Source of the DNA: the human T2T-CHM13v2.0 reference genome, Homo sapiens | DNA length: 64,000 nucleotides | Strand: one strand, 5' to 3' | Assembly: GCF_009914755.1 (NCBI RefSeq) | Contig: NC_060927.1 | Part shown: positions 13,671 to 26,181 of the stretch, piece by piece | How positions within the stretch are numbered: the stretch's first letter is position 1 | Layout of the letters: the number at the start of each line of letters is the position of its first letter | Position numbers and translations under genes: made by a program | The notes under the pieces: generated by a model | Told to the model about the DNA's origin: nothing | The model's database searches: none | Seen by the model: the letters and a program-made list of their open reading frames with translations, nothing else

Positions 13671-14327
13671 ATCTTGTGGGGCATAGTATTTCTGTGGGTG
13701 ATTCCTAAACTAGAAAGTTGATAAACTATTGAATTATTTTGTTCTACTCTGGTATAAAGAAAACCATTTCACAGCTATCAATAAAAGTTTTTTGTGTGCT
13801 TGATTTTGCTGTTTTTATTAATAAAATTGTGTTACTTATATCTATAAATTGTGTAGTTTTCATTTCTTCCCTGTTTCCCAGATTGTCATTTCTCTTTTGG
13901 ATAGCCTTAAAATTTCCTTCACAACTCTGTAAAACATTTATTCTCTGCCTTTACTCTGGCATTTAAGGTTGACATTTTCTCTTAGGAAGTGATAATCTTC
14001 CTCTTTGTCTTCTAAAGTTTATGTTAATAAGGCCATGATTCTAAACTTCTTAGAGGAAGGGAGGTGAGTTTGCAGATCCCTTTGAGAATCTAATCACAGT
14101 CTTGTAGAGCCTCTGAAACTCCCCTGTGACCTTTCAAAGACTAACATCTAAGTTAGAGATGCCTTTGTCTTTGAAAGCACAGGTGAATTTAGGGACTACA
14201 GTCCTTTAAAAGAGAATAACTTTTCCCATAAAACTGTCCATTATATGTAGTACATTTGCAGGCTGGTGGCCAAGTAAACAACTTGTAGATATAAGTGGAT
14301 CACCTGTAATCCATCTGAACTAGAATT

Positions 14328-16499
14328 ATCTTGTATTTTTTTCAATTGATACATTATTATTATATATATTTGTGGGAGTACATGTGATATTTTGATACAT
14401 GCATACAATGTAAAATGATCAAATCAGGGTAATTAGGACATCAGTCATGTCAAACATAATTTCTTTTTGTTGAGAATATTCCAAATCTCCTCTTTTGAAA
14501 TATACAATAAAGTATTAATGACTATAGTCAACCTACTGTGCTGTCAAACTCTAGAACTTATTTCTTCTGTCATTTTATACCCATTAACCATCTTCTCTTT
14601 ATTCCCCCTCCTTCCTGCCCTTCCCAAGCCTCTGATAACCACCATTCTACTCTCTACCTCCATGAGTTTAAGTTTTTTAGCTCTCACCTATGAGTACATG
14701 TGACATTCGTCTTTCTGTGTCTGATTTATTTAATGATGTCCTCCAGTTCCATCCATGTTGCTGCAAATGACAGTATTTTGTTCTTTTTATGGGTGAATAA
14801 TATTCCATTATGTATACTTACCATATTTTAAAAACCTATCCATCCATTAATGGACTCTTAGATTGAGTCCATATTTTGGCTATTGTGAATAGCACTGTGA
14901 TAAACATGGATGTGCCGGTATTTCTTCAATGCACTGATTTCCTTTCTTTTGGATATATATCCAGCAGAGGGATTACTGGATTATATGGTAGTTCTATTTT
15001 TAGCTTTTTTGAGAAACTTTCATACTGTTTTCCAAAATGGCTATACTAATTTACATTTCCACTAACAGTATACCTTTCTTCACATCTACACCAGCTTTTT
15101 TTTTCTCTTTTTGATAATAGCCAATTTAACAGGGATGCGATGATATCCTCATTGTGGTTTTGATAAGCATTTCCCTGATGATTAGTGATGCTGAGCGTTT
15201 TTTCATATACTTGTTGGCCATTTGTATGTATTTTTTGAAAATGTCTATTTAGATAATTTGCCCATTTTTAATTGCTTTTTTTTGCTGCTGTTATTAATGC
15301 CTCATTGGACAGTTTGCACATATTTTCTCCCATTCTGTAGACTCTCTCTTTTCACTCTGTTGATTGTTTCTTTTGCTGTTTTTACAAATGTAATCCCATT
15401 TATTTATTTTTGTTTTTGTGACTTGTGCTTTTGAAATCTTATCCTAAAAAACATCTTGCCCAGCTGAATTGTTTCCCCAGTGTTTTCTTCTAGTAGTTTC
15501 ATAGTTTCAGGTCTTACATTTAAGTCTTTAATCCATTTTGATTTGATTTTTGTATATGGTAAGAGATAGGGATCTAGTTTTATTCTTTGCATATGGATAT
15601 CTGGTTTTCCTAGCACTGTTTATTGAAGAGACTGTCCTTTCCTTAATGTATGTTCTTGGTGCCTTTGTTGAAAATTAGTTGGCTGTAAATGCATTGATTT
15701 ATTTCTGGGTTCTCTGTTCTGTTCCATTGGTCTATGTGTCTGTTTTGATGCCCGTACCATGCTGTTTTGGTTACTATAGCTTTGTAGTATATTTTGTAGT
15801 CAGGTAGTATGATGATGCCTCCAGCTTTGTTCTTTTTACTCAGTATTGCTTTGGCTATTTGGGGTCTTTTGGGGTTCCATATGAATGTTAGGATTTTTTT
15901 TTTACTTCTGTGCAGAATGTCATTGATAAGTATTGCATTAAATCGATAGATCATTTTGGGTAGTATGGACATCTTAACAATATTAATTCTTGTAATGCAT
16001 GAACACGGGATGGCTTTCCATTGTTTTGGTGTATCTTCTTCAGTTTCATTAGTGCTCTATCATTTTCATTGTAGAGATATTTCACTTCTTTGGTTACATT
16101 TATTCCTATTTATTTTTATAACTATCATAAATGTGATTGCTTTCTTGATTTCACTATTGGCATATAGTAATGATACTAATTTTGATTTCACTGTTGACAT
16201 ACAGTAATGATACTATTAGTAAAGATACTAATTTTTTATCTTGCAACTTTGCTGAATTTGTTTATCAGTTCTAAGAGTTTGTTGATGGAGTCTTTAGATT
16301 TTTTTAAATATAAGATCATGTCATCTACAAACAAGGACAGTTTGACTTATTTCTTTCCAATTTGGATCCCCTTTCTCTCTTTCTGTTGCCTAATTACTCT
16401 GGCTAGGACTACAAATACTATGTTGAATAAAAGTGGTAAAAAATGGACATCCTTGTCCTGTTCCAGATCTTAGAGGAAAGACTTTGAATTTTTCCCCAT
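14328..16499 (-). mobile_element. 5'-truncated L1 (L1MA-like): 3' UTR plus decayed 3' part of ORF2, with TSD
   Basis: Minus-strand ORF2 remnants ([21 protein letters not shown]; [12 protein letters not shown]...DQWNR). 16-bp TSD catctgaactagaatt at 14312-14327 and 16500-16515. Confidence 0.93.
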
Positions 16500-16529
16500 C
16501 ATCTGAACTAGAATTCTTATTGATCTTTT

Positions 16530-18290
16530 TCTGTATGTGACTTTCTTTTTTCTTTGGCTGCCTCAAAGCTTTCTCTTTAATTGGTTTTCAGCAGTGTAAC
16601 TATGACATATCCAGGTGTGTGTGTGTGTTTGATCCTGCTTGAGCTTCTTATTCTTGAGCTGCTTAACTTGGAAAATTCTAGGACATTATCTCTTCAAATA
16701 TTTTGTTGCCCTATTATCTCTCCTGTTTTTCCTACAGGGACTTTGTTTTCACGTATGTTAGATAACAGCTCTTAGATGCTCTGTTTTGTTTTTCTAAAAA
16801 AAATATGTATATACTCTTCTGTTTCCTTGTATTTTCATTTGGATAATTTCTATTGACCTATCTGCAAGTTTACAGATTCTTTTCTTGACTGTATTTAGTC
16901 TGCTTATTACCCTATCAAGGAATTCATCATCTCTGATGTGGGTTTTTTTTTTAACAGTATTTCCTTTGGACCATATTTTATAATTCCCATCTTTCTGTGG
17001 AAATATACCATCTGATCATGCATATTGTCCACTTTTTCCACTAGATCTTTTAACATATTAATCATAGTTGTTTTAATCTTCCCATTTAATAGTTTCAGCA
17101 TCTTCTGAGTCACTTCTAGAGTCTGGCTCTGTTGATTGCTTTATCTCTTGACAATGTTTTTTCGTTGTTTTTGTTTTGTTTTTCTTTTTACTTTTTTGGT
17201 ATGACCTGCAATTTTTATTGGATACAAAAATCATGGTTAATAGAGACTGAAGTAAATGATGTGCTCAGAAATGGGCATATCTCTTCTTCCAGGTCATTAG
17301 TGTTGGGAAGATTGAGTCAGTAATTGAGCCAGGTTTGGGATTTGTGTTGCCATTGTTACCTTCAATGTACCACTGGCTTCAAATTTCTCCACTGGTGGGC
17401 TACTGTTACCTTGTGTTTTGTGTGAAGGAAGCAGGTAGCATACTAGAGGGTTTACTCAGAGTTCCTGCTCTGCCCTCAGCTCTCACCTGTGAATGCCTGT
17501 GTCAGAAAGGGGTCTCTTCCCATGTTCTTGTCCCTCCTGTAATGGTAGACTGCTTGCATTTTGGTGCTAGGCTTCTGGTAGGGTCAGGGAGAAGTTTTGG
17601 TCCTGCTGATCCAGTTTCAGTCTTAGGCAGCCCTATGCACCTGGGCCTCAGGAATGGGCCTTCTCACCTGTCCTAACCTGCCCTGCTCCCTGTGGCAGCC
17701 AAACTCTGCCTGTATCTGTTTAGAATTTGGGCAGGTGATAGTTTTCTGCCACTCTACTGGTCATAGCAGAGCTGTGCTTTTGTTGATGCAAGCTCCTGAT
17801 TACAAGAGGTTCTGCTACCCCCTGGGGCAATGGATCTTTGCCTGGTTCCAGAGGTGGATGGGTTCTGCTTCTACCCTTTTCCCAGTGGCCCTGCTCTACC
17901 CCCAGTTTTTCTCAGGAGCACCCATGGAGAAGATTTACAAATGAGTGCAAACTCTTCCTGTGTCTGGCACTCCCGGTTACCCTAGATGGATACACTGGGT
18001 CACACTTGGCTTTTAAGAATTCCTTAAAATTTTATCTGATTTCCTCTTACCTGCTTCCATGGTGGCCACATCTTCTTCCCACGCTCTACCAAACCCAGAA
18101 CAGTTTCTTGTGTCCTATTTCTCCTTGGAGGGGCGTGTCACTCTTTGAAATTCCGTTCCCTTGGTTTCTGTGTGACCGTGGCTCTCTGATGCATACAAGA
18201 ACAGTTATGATTTTATAGATTATTGGGCTTTTTCTTGTTAGGGTAGAAGTGATATTCTGTTTTGGCTTTCTGTGTTGTAAACCGCCATCT
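16530..18290 (-). mobile_element. Older L1M-type fragment (ORF1 / 5' region)
   Basis: ttggaaaattctaggacattatctcttcaaatattt; minus-strand remnant IKTTMINMLKDLVEKVDNMHDQM resembles the L1 ORF1 coiled coil. Confidence 0.7.
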
Positions 18291-21192
18291 AAACTTTACT
18301 TGCCCCCACTTCATGACTTTTTAAGTCACCCATAGGCTCCTAAGATCTGAGCCCTCATAGACTCTGCAAAGCTAGGGCAGGGGTGAGCTTTTGGAATACA
18401 GAATACTGTAGAGGACATGACAGAAGAGGAGCGCCCATGGAGGAGAGGCATCCACAGGCCAAGGAGTTTCTGTTACTTGCAATAAAGGGCCTTTCCACAT
18501 GAGCAAGAAGCAGCATTTAACTGTACCTAGCTTTCCTTTATATTATTTTATTCTTTTTCATTTCATTTTATTTTATAAAATGACCTTCAGAGTGACTGTC
18601 TTGCTCCAAATTCCCCCTTTTCTTCTTTTTTCTCATCTTAAAGAGCACATCAAAGTTTTAAAGATGTGTGAAAAACTTTGCAAGGTAGCCCTTATGTGCC
18701 TGGCATGACTTATTCTTTCAATTCAGAGTTATTGTTATTGAGCTGAAGAAAGGTCAGGCCTTGCTGTGCTCATTTAATGGACTTCAAGTTCTTTCTTGGG
18801 TTTTTTTGTTTAGTTTTGTATTGTTGTGTAAAAGAGAAATTTTTCTAACCCCCAGTTTCTCAACTCTAATTCTAAATCCCCCTTGATAAACATGGTGATC
18901 CCCTACCTTTCTTTAATGTTATTTATATTTCAGATTAAATAACTTGATTCAAGCAAACCAGAGAGATAAATGGCTGCTTTGTTTTCATACTACACCCTCT
19001 CCCCATTCTGAGCCACCCCATGCCCACACCTAGCCCCACACCAGAATGACTGCTTAGACTTGGTGACTGTTTTGCCAGGGTATTGAATCTGGATATTGAA
19101 ACATCATTTTCTCATGATGTTTTTTGAGGAATAATCAAACAGAAAATGGGAACAAATGAGGCTTGAAAGACAGGAGTCTTTCAAGTGGAAGTCTTTCAAG
19201 TCTTTCAAATGGAATAGGAAACAGGAGGTAATTTTCTTCCAGCAGGGCATTAACTATCTGTGTGCCCTTAGACAAGACTGCAGCTCCACAACTTGGTTTC
19301 TTGTTCCTCTTCTCCAGAGCGAGCTAAATCGATTGAATCAGTGCCAGACACTTTGTTGCCAGCCGATGAAATGAGGTTCACCTATTCCTTATCCCCATTT
19401 CAGGATGAGAATTTATGAAATTACCCATGCCCATTTATGAAATTGCCACTACCTAAGTATCCCAGATGGTAATTTTAGTGGCCTCCTATTTTTAGTGACA
19501 GCCTTCTATTAAATAAAGTAGGCAGTTATGTTAGAAAGATGTATGTTTTTCCATAGGACTCATTATGGCTATTTATGTTTTTAATGCTAAATATGAGTCG
19601 TATAAACATTTCTATTTTTCCTGAATTTGCTGTGGTGCAGAATGTTTCCCTAGCCTCTTTCTAGTTCATTGCTTTATCTAAAATCATTCCCGGTATGAAA
19701 TTGTTATTCTGTTGGCTAATGTACAAATGAACCTTTGTTTCTTTCTAGTTCTAAATTTTAAGATTGTCAAGAAATGCAAAATTTCAGGGTTGATATGGAG
19801 GTAGGTTCTTTGGAAGCCGGTTTTCTTGCAGTCCGGACATTGTTTGTGTATTCTTTCTCTTGAGGTTACTAAGTTCTAATAGAGTAGCAGAATTGCACCA
19901 AGTTTCCCTTCTGTTGTATTCACCACTCAGAAGCTTTGGGTGATGAGTACTCCTTCACAGTATAACAGCCAATTCTGAGAAATAGTTTATACTATTTTTT
20001 AAAAGTATTTTGAGGCACAAGTGTCTCAGCAGAAACCTGCATTTTTTCCTCTGGTTTTAGATGGTTAATGCATGTGAGTATTATGCATTTAATGTTCTTC
20101 CAGTTAAAAAGGTATATGTATAGCACATGTAGGTTGAATAATCTTCATTATTTAGTTTAAACTAACTTGCATTACAAGGCAGCATAAACAATAGATCCCA
20201 GCTCTCTGCTTCTGACCAGCTACTTAGCTTAGGCAAGTATTTGATCACTGCCAGGCTGAACAATGAAAGACAAGTTGAAATGAGTAAGAGTGGGATAAGG
20301 ATTCCAGGAATTAGGCAATTTGGGGCTCAGTCTCCTGCCATTGAACACCAGTTCTCCTTCCCTCCCACACAAGTGCTTCTGTCCTCCCCTTCCTTTTCTG
20401 CTGACTGTGGAAGACCATTTCGCCAGCTTCTCCTGTATTCACATCCACTTGTTGCTCCCAGCCAGAGATTCTGGTCCACCCATTAAGGAGTGCAAGCTCA
20501 CATCTGTTCTCTTCCTTATTGGTCTCTAAACAAGCATACTCCTCTATTGGTGTTTTCTGATCACTTTATCTGCTAGTGAGGAAGGAGAAGCAGATTCAGG
20601 CCTTGGTGTGCTATGGAGACAGTTCTAGGCAACAGCAGATGGAGGGAGAGGAAGAGACAGGAAGTCTCTGCTAAGGGGTGTCCTTGATGTCATTATATCT
20701 GCCCGTGGTTGGGTGGTCATCATGTTCATGTGTCTGCAATTGATAACCAGAAGTCTCCATTCAAAGCCTGGGCTGGTTTGTGAAAAGCATGGCAATGTTC
20801 TTAAAGCCACAGTGTGGTGTTTAAGCTGCTGCCTGTTCCACATACATGGGTATGTGAGCATGTGTGTATGTTATTAACTTACTTTGCTATTAGGCCTTTT
20901 CCCTCTTAATAAAAAAGAAACCTGTTTATCTGAAATGTATCATTTATAACAAATTAGAAAGTGTAACAATATTAATCAGCCTGTAAAAATGAAAGAATAA
21001 AAGATTACAATGTTGAGAAAATACTATATATTTCTTAATGGATCAGTGGATAAACCACATCCATATATTTTTGTAATTGTTCTACTAGTGTCATCTTTGA
21101 GACACGATATATAAAGATTATAAAATTCCCTAACTGAGTCAGTATGTTGTCTTTATCAAAGGTAAATGCGTCTTTTAAAAACTAAAGACATC

Positions 21193-21317
21193 GGTCAGGC
21201 GTGGTGGCTCACACCTGTAATCCTAGCACTTTGGGAGGCTGACGCAGACGGATCACGAGGTCAGGAGATCGAGACCATCCTGGCTAACATGGTGAAACCC
21301 CGTCTCTACTGGGAAAA
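21193..21317 (+). mobile_element. Left arm only of a young (AluY/Sc-type) Alu, flanked by TSD
   Basis: ggatcacgaggtcaggagatcgagaccatcctggctaac diagnostic; TSD aaaaactaaagac(a/g)tc at 21177-21192 and 21318-21333; tttt|aaaa target. Confidence 0.92.
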
Positions 21318-22476
21318 AAAAACTAAAGACGTCATTCTGAAAAATAGAAAATTATACATTTGTTTCATGTCCTTATGCATGGCTGATTACAAAACTAATT
21401 TCATGCTAACTCACTCAAATTGATGTAATACAATCTATGCTTTAGGGATTTGAAATGGCTTTAATATAATGTATCTTACAGATACAATTACCACAGTTTT
21501 TATGTATTTTGCACTTTATTGTTCTGAGGATATAATTGTAAAGAAATATTCTACCTTGTGGCTTTTATGTTTTGTCTTGGCACCCAGATCACAAAAGCTT
21601 CTATGGTTCATTTTGAAACTTTGAGGAAAATGATACCCATATGATTTAAAGTTTAAGTTTAATTACCTTCTGCAAATTGCTTTTGGAAGTATAGGTAGTT
21701 AGAAAGTAAAAGTGGTTTTAAATTTCAGAGATAGAGTATAGCATAATAGCTTTTTAAAATACAGATATTTTCTATCCAGAGCAGGAAAATTAGAATTGCC
21801 TTTGGATAATATTCAACAATGTTCTTTTCTTTGTCATGAAAGTGATATAATTCCAACTCCCATCCCTATTTCTTATTTATAAATACAATGAATACTGAAA
21901 ATTTGTCATAGATTTTATACACATACTGAAAGGCAGTATCATCTTTTAGGTTTAAAATTGTGAAAGATCTTTTGAGGTAATTTGAGCACTCTTTTCAAAT
22001 AATAAAGGTCTCCATACAAGGAAGGACTTAAATACACACACAGATGTGGATGTCAGCCCCTTAAGATGAGAACATGTTACCTTAAGCAGGAAAGTTGAAC
22101 AGTGCCTTACTGGTGATGCTAACTTCTTTAGAAATAAGTGCTGCCTGAAGTTTTAAACTTAGTCCTTTTAATAATCTATTAATATTAAGGTACAAGGTGA
22201 CATTGTTCTGAGCATTGGGGCATAGTAATAGGTTTTAATAAATCCAACTCTACGATTTTAGGAGCTCCAACAGCTATAATCTAGCCCTTCATCTCAGACT
22301 TACATGTCTATCTGATGTATACTGATGACTGATCTAGTATGAGACTTTGGAGAGAGGAATTTCTGCTGGAATTCCCATTTAACAGTTACTTAATTGGTTT
22401 CTACTTAGCTGTTTCTCATCATTTGGTGCAAATAGTTTCCAGAAATAGTCTAGACGTCTTAGCCCAAGTAGTCAGG

Positions 22477-22655
22477 AAATGGTTTTTAAACTTTAGTGTA
22501 CATCCTCCGTCACATGGAGTGCTACCTTGATGTAAATTCCTGGGCACCAGCCCCAGGGAGCTGGTTCCATGGGCCTAGCAATCTGCATTGTAACCAGGTA
22601 ACCCAGATGATTCTGAGGCAGGTGGTCTGGTGACAAGCCTTTGAGAAGTATTGGT
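22477..22655. mobile_element. MER5-like hAT-Charlie fossil
   Basis: tggtttttaaacttt...aatctgcatt...gatgattctg...tttgagaa. Confidence 0.65.
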
Positions 22656-22675
22656 GTAGGAGGCGTACGTAGAAA

Positions 22676-22835
22676 CAGGGCCTGTTTCATGGTGTATGAC
22701 CTGTACAGTTGCACAGGCTTCACACTGACTCAGAAGAGCCCTGGGCTTCACTTAGCTCCTCTGTCACCTTGAAATTCTTAATAATTTTTAATCAGGGAAT
22801 CCTGCATTTTCACTTTTCTCTGGGCTCTGAAAATT
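22676..22835 (+). mobile_element. MER91-like hAT-Tip100 fossil
   Basis: cagggcctgtttcatgg...gacctgtacagttgcacagg...ttgaaattcttaataatttt. Confidence 0.6.
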
Positions 22836-22841
22836 GTTTCT

Positions 22842-23442
<601 letters not shown>

Positions 23443-23694
23443 TGAAATTGTTCTTCTTGATAAATATGAATTGCAATTATTCAATAATGATTTCATACCT
23501 GTTGGTATTAGGCTGTCAACTCCAAGGCCAATTCTGAGCTTTAGAGATGAATGAGTATCATTCATCACAGGAATCTAGAATAGGAAATCTTAATAGTATG
23601 ATTTTTTTCTAGGAAATTAAATTTCTATTCATAATCTTGAACATAGAAACCTATATTTATGTTATTCTAATATACGGTCTTTTTTTCCTCTCAG

Positions 23695-26181
23695 GATGGT
23701 ACAAAACAGAAGAGGGAACGGAAAAAGACAGTCTCATTCAGCAGCATGCCAACAGAGAAGAAGATCAGCAGTGCAAGTGATTGTATTAATTCAATGGTTG
23801 AGGGTTCAGAACTCAAAAAGGTTCGCTCCAACTCTAGAATTTATCATAGGTACTTTCTACTGGATGCTGACATGCAGAGCCTAAGGTGGGAGCCATCTAA
23901 GAAGGATTCTGAGAAAGCCAAGATTGACATTAAATCCATCAAGGAAGTGAGAACAGGAAAAAACACAGACATATTCCGCAGCAATGGCATTTCTGACCAG
24001 ATATCTGAAGATTGTGCGTTTTCCGTCATATATGGAGAGAATTATGAGTCACTGGATTTGGTTGCCAACTCCGCAGATGTTGCAAACATCTGGGTTACAG
24101 GACTGCGGTACCTAATTTCTTATGGAAAACATACACTTGATATGTTAGAAAGTAGCCAAGATAACATGAGGACTTCTTGGGTTTCACAAATGTTTAGTGA
24201 AATTGATGTAGATAACCTTGGACATATAACTCTGTGTAATGCTGTGCAATGTATCAGAAACCTCAATCCTGGTTTAAAAACGAGCAAAATTGAGCTTAAG
24301 TTCAAAGAATTGCATAAATCAAAGGACAAAGCTGGTACCGAGGTCACAAAGGAAGAATTTATTGAGGTTTTTCATGAGCTTTGTACTAGACCTGAAATTT
24401 ATTTCCTTTTAGTTCAGTTTTCAAGCAATAAAGAATTCCTTGATACCAAGGACCTTATGATGTTTCTTGAGGCAGAACAGGGTGTGGCACATATAAATGA
24501 GGAAATAAGCCTTGAAATTATTCACAAATATGAACCATCCAAAGAGGGTCAGGAAAAGGGCTGGCTCTCCATAGACGGGTTCACTAATTACCTTATGTCA
24601 CCTGACTGTTATATATTCGATCCAGAACATAAGAAGGTCTGTCAGGATATGAAGCAACCTCTGTCTCATTACTTTATAAACTCATCTCATAATACATACT
24701 TAATAGAGGATCAGTTCCGAGGTCCCTCCGACATCACAGGATATATTCGAGCTCTTAAAATGGGTTGCCGGAGTGTTGAATTAGATGTATGGGATGGGCC
24801 GGACAATGAACCTGTAATTTACACAGGCCACACCATGACCTCTCAGATAGTTTTCCGCAGTGTCATTGATATTATTAACAAGTATGCATTCTTTGCTTCA
24901 GAGTATCCTCTTATCTTGTGTTTAGAAAACCACTGTTCCATTAAACAACAGAAGGTAATGGTTCAGCACATGAAGAAACTTTTAGGAGACAAGCTCTATA
25001 CAACATCACCCAATGTTGAGGAATCTTATCTACCATCCCCAGATGTCCTGAAAGGGAAAATACTAATTAAAGCAAAGAAGCTGTCCTCAAATTGCTCTGG
25101 GGTAGAAGGAGATGTTACTGACGAAGATGAAGGAGCAGAAATGTCTCAGAGGATGGGAAAAGAGAACATGGAGCAACCCAATAATGTGCCTGTGAAGCGA
25201 TTTCAGCTTTGTAAAGAACTGTCTGAACTGGTCAGCATCTGCAAATCAGTTCAGTTCAAAGAATTTCAGGTGTCGTTTCAGGTTCAGAAGTACTGGGAAG
25301 TCTGTTCCTTTAATGAAGTGCTTGCCAGCAAGTACGCCAATGAAAATCCAGGGGACTTTGTAAATTACAACAAACGTTTTCTTGCTAGGGTTTTTCCCAG
25401 TCCAATGAGAATTGATTCCAGTAACATGAATCCTCAAGATTTTTGGAAATGTGGTTGCCAAATTGTAGCCATGAACTTTCAGACACCAGGACTGATGATG
25501 GACCTGAATATTGGCTGGTTTAGGCAGAATGGAAACTGTGGCTATGTCCTCCGGCCAGCCATCATGAGGGAGGAGGTCTCCTTCTTCAGCGCCAATACAA
25601 AAGACTCTGTCCCAGGGGTCTCACCTCAACTTCTTCACATTAAAATCATCAGTGGGCAGAACTTTCCCAAGCCCAAAGGATCAGGTGCCAAAGGTGATGT
25701 GGTAGATCCTTATGTCTATGTTGAAATCCATGGAATCCCTGCTGATTGTGCAGAACAAAGGACAAAAACAGTGCACCAGAATGGAGACGCTCCCATTTTT
25801 GATGAAAGCTTTGAATTTCAAATCAACCTGCCTGAACTGGCCATGGTGCGCTTTGTAGTGCTGGATGATGACTACATTGGGGATGAATTCATCGGCCAGT
25901 ACACAATTCCCTTTGAATGTTTACAGACGGGCTACCGCCATGTCCCCCTGCAGTCCTTAACTGGAGAGGTCCTTGCACATGCTTCTTTATTTGTCCACGT
26001 GGCTATTACTAACCGAAGAGGAGGAGGGAAGCCTCATAAAAGGGGCCTTTCTGTGAGAAAAGGGAAGAAATCCAGGGAATATGCATCTTTGAGAACACTG
26101 TGGATTAAAACCGTGGATGAGGTATTCAAGAATGCCCAGCCCCCTATACGGGATGCCACAGATCTGAGAGAAAACATGCAG
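23695..26181 (+). CDS. PLCL2: PLCL2 giant internal coding exon (exon 2): RVxF motif, PH, EF-hands, PLC X and Y boxes, C2 domain; catalytically inactive PLC-like protein
   Basis: Acceptor tcttttttttcctctcAG|GAT at 23694/23695 and donor CAG|GTGCGT at 26181/26182. Length 2487 nt = 829 codons, phase 0-0. Translates as [17 protein letters not shown], then the listed ORF from MPTEKK to RENMQ. Hallmarks: [63 protein letters not shown]2 [10 protein letters not shown]. Confidence 0.97.

Noticed and set aside
15404-15972. L1 ORF2-like peptides as an active retroelement
   Set aside because: Fragmented by stops and frameshifts, and 5'-truncated.
18285-18296. ccatctaaact as a third copy of the L1 TSD
   Set aside because: Only a short, imperfect match that could arise by chance.
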